A stretch of DNA of 64,000 nt from Candidatus Krumholzibacteriia bacterium (GTDB lineage Bacteria > Krumholzibacteriota > Krumholzibacteriia > Krumholzibacteriales > Krumholzibacteriaceae): contig CAWIIQ010000004.1 of NCBI GenBank assembly GCA_963836185.1, positions 64,001 through 128,000 on the forward strand. Reading direction: 5' to 3'. A program made the translations under genes and the position numbers. Shown here piece by piece: positions 60,637 through 64,000 of the stretch. The notes beneath the pieces are model-generated. The model saw only the letters and a list, made by a program, of their open reading frames with translations, had not been told where the DNA came from and searched no databases. Numbering within the stretch: the stretch's first letter is position 1; each line of letters begins with the position of its first letter.

Positions 60637-61266
60637 GTGTCCCGATCCTTCAAGCCGTTGAATATCATTATTCTGCTGCCGTGTATCGTCGTATTCGCCG
60701 GATTGAGCTACCTGCGGTCCGCGTGGGCAGCGATCCTGCTGTATCACACCGTTATTATCATCTACCTCGTTATAACGCGAAGTAAGCGTCTCCGTCCCGA
60801 ACTGTTTCGCGGATGGAACAATGCTGCCGGTGCCGTATTCACGATCGCGTGCGCGTGCCCTGGGCCCCTTCTTGTTCTGCTCTGGCCAGTAATATCGAAT
60901 GTGAGCGACGGCCTTTCATCGACTCTCGATTCGTTCGGGCTTCATGGGGCCGGCTGGTTGTTGTTTGCAGTGTATTTCGTCTCTCTCCATCCTGTCCTCG
61001 AAGAGCTTTTCTGGAGAGACGCACTGGTATCGGGCAGCAGATGGCCAGATATCGTGGATATTGCATTCGCCGCCTATCACGTCCTCGTACTGGTACATTT
61101 CCTGAAATTCCCATGGGTCATTCTCGTATTTGTCATTCTCACACTGGTCTCCTGGCTCTGGCGACGCGTTGCGGAACGTTACCGGGGCCTTGCGATCCCG
61201 GTCGTCTCCCACATTGCCGCCGGAATTAGTTTAATGATCGCCACTTTCCTGATCGCCAGAGGATGA
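60637..61266 (+). CDS. CPBP (Abi/CAAX) family intramembrane metalloprotease
   Basis: LEELFWR, FAAYH, VSH. Confidence 0.8.
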   Translation: MSRSFKPLNIIILLPCIVVFAGLSYLRSAWAAILLYHTVIIIYLVITRSKRLRPELFRGWNNAAGAVFTIACACPGPLLVLLWPVISNVSDGLSSTLDSFGLHGAGWLLFAVYFVSLHPVLEELFWRDALVSGSRWPDIVDIAFAAYHVLVLVHFLKFPWVILVFVILTLVSWLWRRVAERYRGLAIPVVSHIAAGISLMIATFLIARG

Positions 61267-61374
61267 TTCTCACACTCCCACGGCAGGTTTCTGTCTTGCG
61301 CCGGCATGTGTCGATAAGTGATACTTACGTGAAACGAGACGAGTGTGCCCCGGATAGCGTATAATCTAATGAGA

Positions 61375-62526
61375 ATGACCTGTAAGAAATCGATACTTCT
61401 CTTTTTCACAGCATTGCTGGTCCTTGTCGTTTCCTGTTATGACAGCGATCTGCCTCTCGTGAAGCCTGACCCTGAGATGCCGCCGCCGACAGTGCCGTTC
61501 AGCCCTGAAGTCAGGTTCGGTATCTGTTGTGGACCCACCTCGATGTGCTCGGCGGATTTTGACGGGGATGGGGCCCTTGACATTGCTACCGCGAACAACT
61601 CTACCAATGATATTTCAATACTGCCGGGCAACGGGGACGGGACCTTCAGTGATCATACTAAGTATTCAGTCGGCAGTATGCCGACCATGATCCACTGCTC
61701 CGACTTCGATGCGGACGGGAATGAAGATCTGGTTGTGGTTAATTTCATGTCTGACGATTTCTCCGTCCTTCTGGGAAATGGAGACGGGACCTTTGATGTC
61801 GCAGTCAACTACGGCGTCAATTCTGAGCCGCGAGCCGTGTTTTCGGAGGATTTCAACGGAGATATGAGAGAGGATATCGTTGTCTCGAACTCGGGTTCGG
61901 ACAATATCTCGGTCTTCCTGGGCAACGGTGACGGGACGTTTACGGCGGTTGACAGTTTCGTCGTCGATGATTATCCCACTACTGTCCTGTCTTACGATAT
62001 GGATAGAGATGGCGACCAGGATATTCTGGTGTCGAATTGGGATGGAAGAACGATTTCGATACTTTTCGGCAGGGGGGACGGGACATTCGCCGATGCCATC
62101 GGCTTTGAGACGGACCTCGATCCTTATTCCATCCATGGGGAGGATCTCAATAGAGACGGGAATATGGACCTGGTCGTAGCCAGTCTGTACTATAACAGGA
62201 TCGGGGTCTTCTTTGGAAATGAGGATGGACTGATCTCCAGAAGCAGGAGCTATTATGTAGAGGGTGGTCCTTCTTACGTCGACTCGGGAGATCTGAACGA
62301 AGATGGAAATATCGATCTCGCTATCGGCAACTGGCAGTATCAACAGATCACCGTTCTGCTCGGAGATGGATCGGGGATATTCACACCATCCGCTAATTAC
62401 AAGGCGGGAGACGGGATCATGGCGGTCCTGTGCAGGGATCTTGACGGGGACAGTGACCTCGATGTCGTGTCGACAAACCGGTTGTCAAACGGCATCTCCG
62501 TACTTCTGAACGAGACTGTCGAATAG
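61375..62526 (+). CDS. FG-GAP/VCBS repeat lipoprotein
   Basis: Lipobox VVSC; about 7 DFDGDG.LD...SVLLGNGDGTF-type repeats. Confidence 0.9.
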   Translation: MTCKKSILLFFTALLVLVVSCYDSDLPLVKPDPEMPPPTVPFSPEVRFGICCGPTSMCSADFDGDGALDIATANNSTNDISILPGNGDGTFSDHTKYSVGSMPTMIHCSDFDADGNEDLVVVNFMSDDFSVLLGNGDGTFDVAVNYGVNSEPRAVFSEDFNGDMREDIVVSNSGSDNISVFLGNGDGTFTAVDSFVVDDYPTTVLSYDMDRDGDQDILVSNWDGRTISILFGRGDGTFADAIGFETDLDPYSIHGEDLNRDGNMDLVVASLYYNRIGVFFGNEDGLISRSRSYYVEGGPSYVDSGDLNEDGNIDLAIGNWQYQQITVLLGDGSGIFTPSANYKAGDGIMAVLCRDLDGDSDLDVVSTNRLSNGISVLLNETVE

Positions 62527-62579
62527 ACAGGCGTTTCACCGACTGCGTGTGGTTTTCGCGCAGGAATAGAATCAATCAT

Positions 62580-63023
62580 ATGAGAATATGGACTATTAAT
62601 CCTGAGTATCTCGACAGGCAGGGGCTTCTCGCTCTCTGGCGTGAATCATTGCTGGCGCAGAAGGTCCTTGCAGGATCAACGAAGGGATATACAGCACATC
62701 CCCAGTTGACACGCTTCAGAGCCCACCCGGATCCGATCGGTGCGATAGGTTTCTACCTCCTTGGCGTTTATGAAGAATCGCTTGCAAGAGGCTATCGGTT
62801 CGATCGGTCGAAGATAATCGTTGATTCTCCTGTCGAAGTCATATCGGAGACGGATGGCCAGCTTTTTTACGAGTGGCGGCACTTTCTGTCCAAGCTATCA
62901 GTAAGGGACTCGCGGCGGTTTATGTCGTTGAAGGACCTTACAGACCCGAGACCTCACCCGCTTTTCAGCGTAACCAGGGGAGAGGTGCGTCCATGGGAGC
63001 GTACCAGTAATCAGGACGGCTGA
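62580..63023 (+). CDS. Pyrimidine dimer DNA glycosylase/endonuclease V family
   Basis: MRIWTINPEYLDRQGLLALWRE, HPQLTRF. Confidence 0.85.
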   Translation: MRIWTINPEYLDRQGLLALWRESLLAQKVLAGSTKGYTAHPQLTRFRAHPDPIGAIGFYLLGVYEESLARGYRFDRSKIIVDSPVEVISETDGQLFYEWRHFLSKLSVRDSRRFMSLKDLTDPRPHPLFSVTRGEVRPWERTSNQDG

Positions 63024-63064
63024 TCTTCAGTCAGCCTTTTCAGCCTTTATCGAGAGGAGGGATC

Positions 63065-63622
63065 ATGAAAAGAACCGTCGTGGCGGGGCTGCTGGGCAGT
63101 CTTGTGCTGATCGTGTGGATGGTCGTAGTGAACGGACTGCTCGGATTCAGTTCCCGCATCAATATGAAGAAGCTCGATAACGAGCCCCATGTATACGAAG
63201 TGCTAAAGGAAAATGTCACGCAGCCGGGGAGATATGTGGTCAATCCTGAACCGACTTCCGAGGGAAGATTTCCGGACGGGGATCCTGTCTATGGCGTGAC
63301 GTACAGCGGGGCGGGGCATGGCTCCGCCGGAGGAATCATGATTGCGGGCCTTGCCGCGCTGATAATCGTGCCGATGGCAGGGGCATGGCTGCTTTCGCAG
63401 GCCTCCGACAGGGTGCTGTCGAGTTATCCTAAAAAGGTGCTATTTTTCTTCGTGCTGGGCCTGTTGATAGCACTGTTCAGCGATCTCAATAAATTCGGGA
63501 TCGACGGGTATCCCCTCAAGGATGCCTTGATGCTTGGCATGCATGACATCGTTTTGTGGACCCTTGTCGGATTTGTGATCGCGTGGAGGATCAAGCCTGG
63601 CGGAAGATATTCGATGGCGTGA
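63065..63622 (+). CDS. Hypothetical membrane protein
   Basis: RBS gaggagg; 4 TM segments. Confidence 0.72.
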   Translation: MKRTVVAGLLGSLVLIVWMVVVNGLLGFSSRINMKKLDNEPHVYEVLKENVTQPGRYVVNPEPTSEGRFPDGDPVYGVTYSGAGHGSAGGIMIAGLAALIIVPMAGAWLLSQASDRVLSSYPKKVLFFFVLGLLIALFSDLNKFGIDGYPLKDALMLGMHDIVLWTLVGFVIAWRIKPGGRYSMA

Positions 63623-63723
63623 TGTGGAGAAAAGGATGTGAAAGTTTAAGCCAGTGCTATATTGTCGAGTTCTGGCAGTTGGCCGATCTACGGTTTCTAG
63701 ACAATCATAGACAGGGGGACAGG

Positions 63724-64000
63724 GTGAAATCGATGTTTTCAATCGTGTTACTTGTTTTGTTGACTATCGCTGTCATTCCAGCCGATGGATCGGCCGAAGA
63801 ACAGGCAATACAGCTTTCGTTGTTCACTCCTCTGCAGATACGGCATGAAGAGGATTCCATCAAATATTTCCGTTTCAACCTGCTCTACGGCCGGAACACG
63901 TCGCTGGTCGGTCTCGACCTCGGCCTTGTCAACCACCTTACCGCCGGAGAATCCCGGAGTCTTCAGTTCGGGCTCGCGAACTGGGTAGACGCCGATCTCA
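63724..64000 (+). CDS. Secreted LA_2272-like repeat protein, 3'-truncated (absent from the ORF track)
   Basis: Signal peptide; IQLSLFTPLQ, FRFNLLYG, GLDLGLVN, LQFGLAN; open to the window end. Confidence 0.75.
   Translation, partial: MKSMFSIVLLVLLTIAVIPADGSAEEQAIQLSLFTPLQIRHEEDSIKYFRFNLLYGRNTSLVGLDLGLVNHLTAGESRSLQFGLANWVDADL

Overview
GC-rich chromosomal window from a diderm, probably anaerobic bacterium. An FCB-group candidate lineage such as Krumholzibacteriota/Latescibacterota is my guess and cannot be verified here. Core content: tol-pal-cpoB, tandem CNNM/CorC genes, thrC, pgeF, acpS, pgi, hutH-like lyase, ftcD, rmuC, two ECF sigma/anti-sigma modules, a BlaI/M56-TonB module with a long palindromic operator, and a complete rnfABCDGE operon with a convergent apbE cluster. 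About 11 kb downstream is a second, Nqr-like operon (nqrBCDEF) with no nqrA, a short RnfD-sized NqrB, a compact NqrF and a closely linked unknown gene. Other notable items: a degenerate attC-flanked orphan gene cassette; a Spy/ZraP-like protein with a metallothionein-like Cys tail; a HAL-family lyase with Ala-Cys-Gly in place of Ala-Ser-Gly; a DUF62 enzyme lacking its catalytic His; an unannotated 31-aa membrane peptide downstream of a CX4CH cytochrome; and a DUF4384 protein with CxxCH behind a sigma54-like promoter. About 20 apparent +1 frameshifts in the first 44 kb look like sequencing errors, so split genes are reported as single CDSs. I found no rRNA, tRNA, CRISPR array, transposase or integrase. 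All family assignments come from motif recognition by eye, not database searches.
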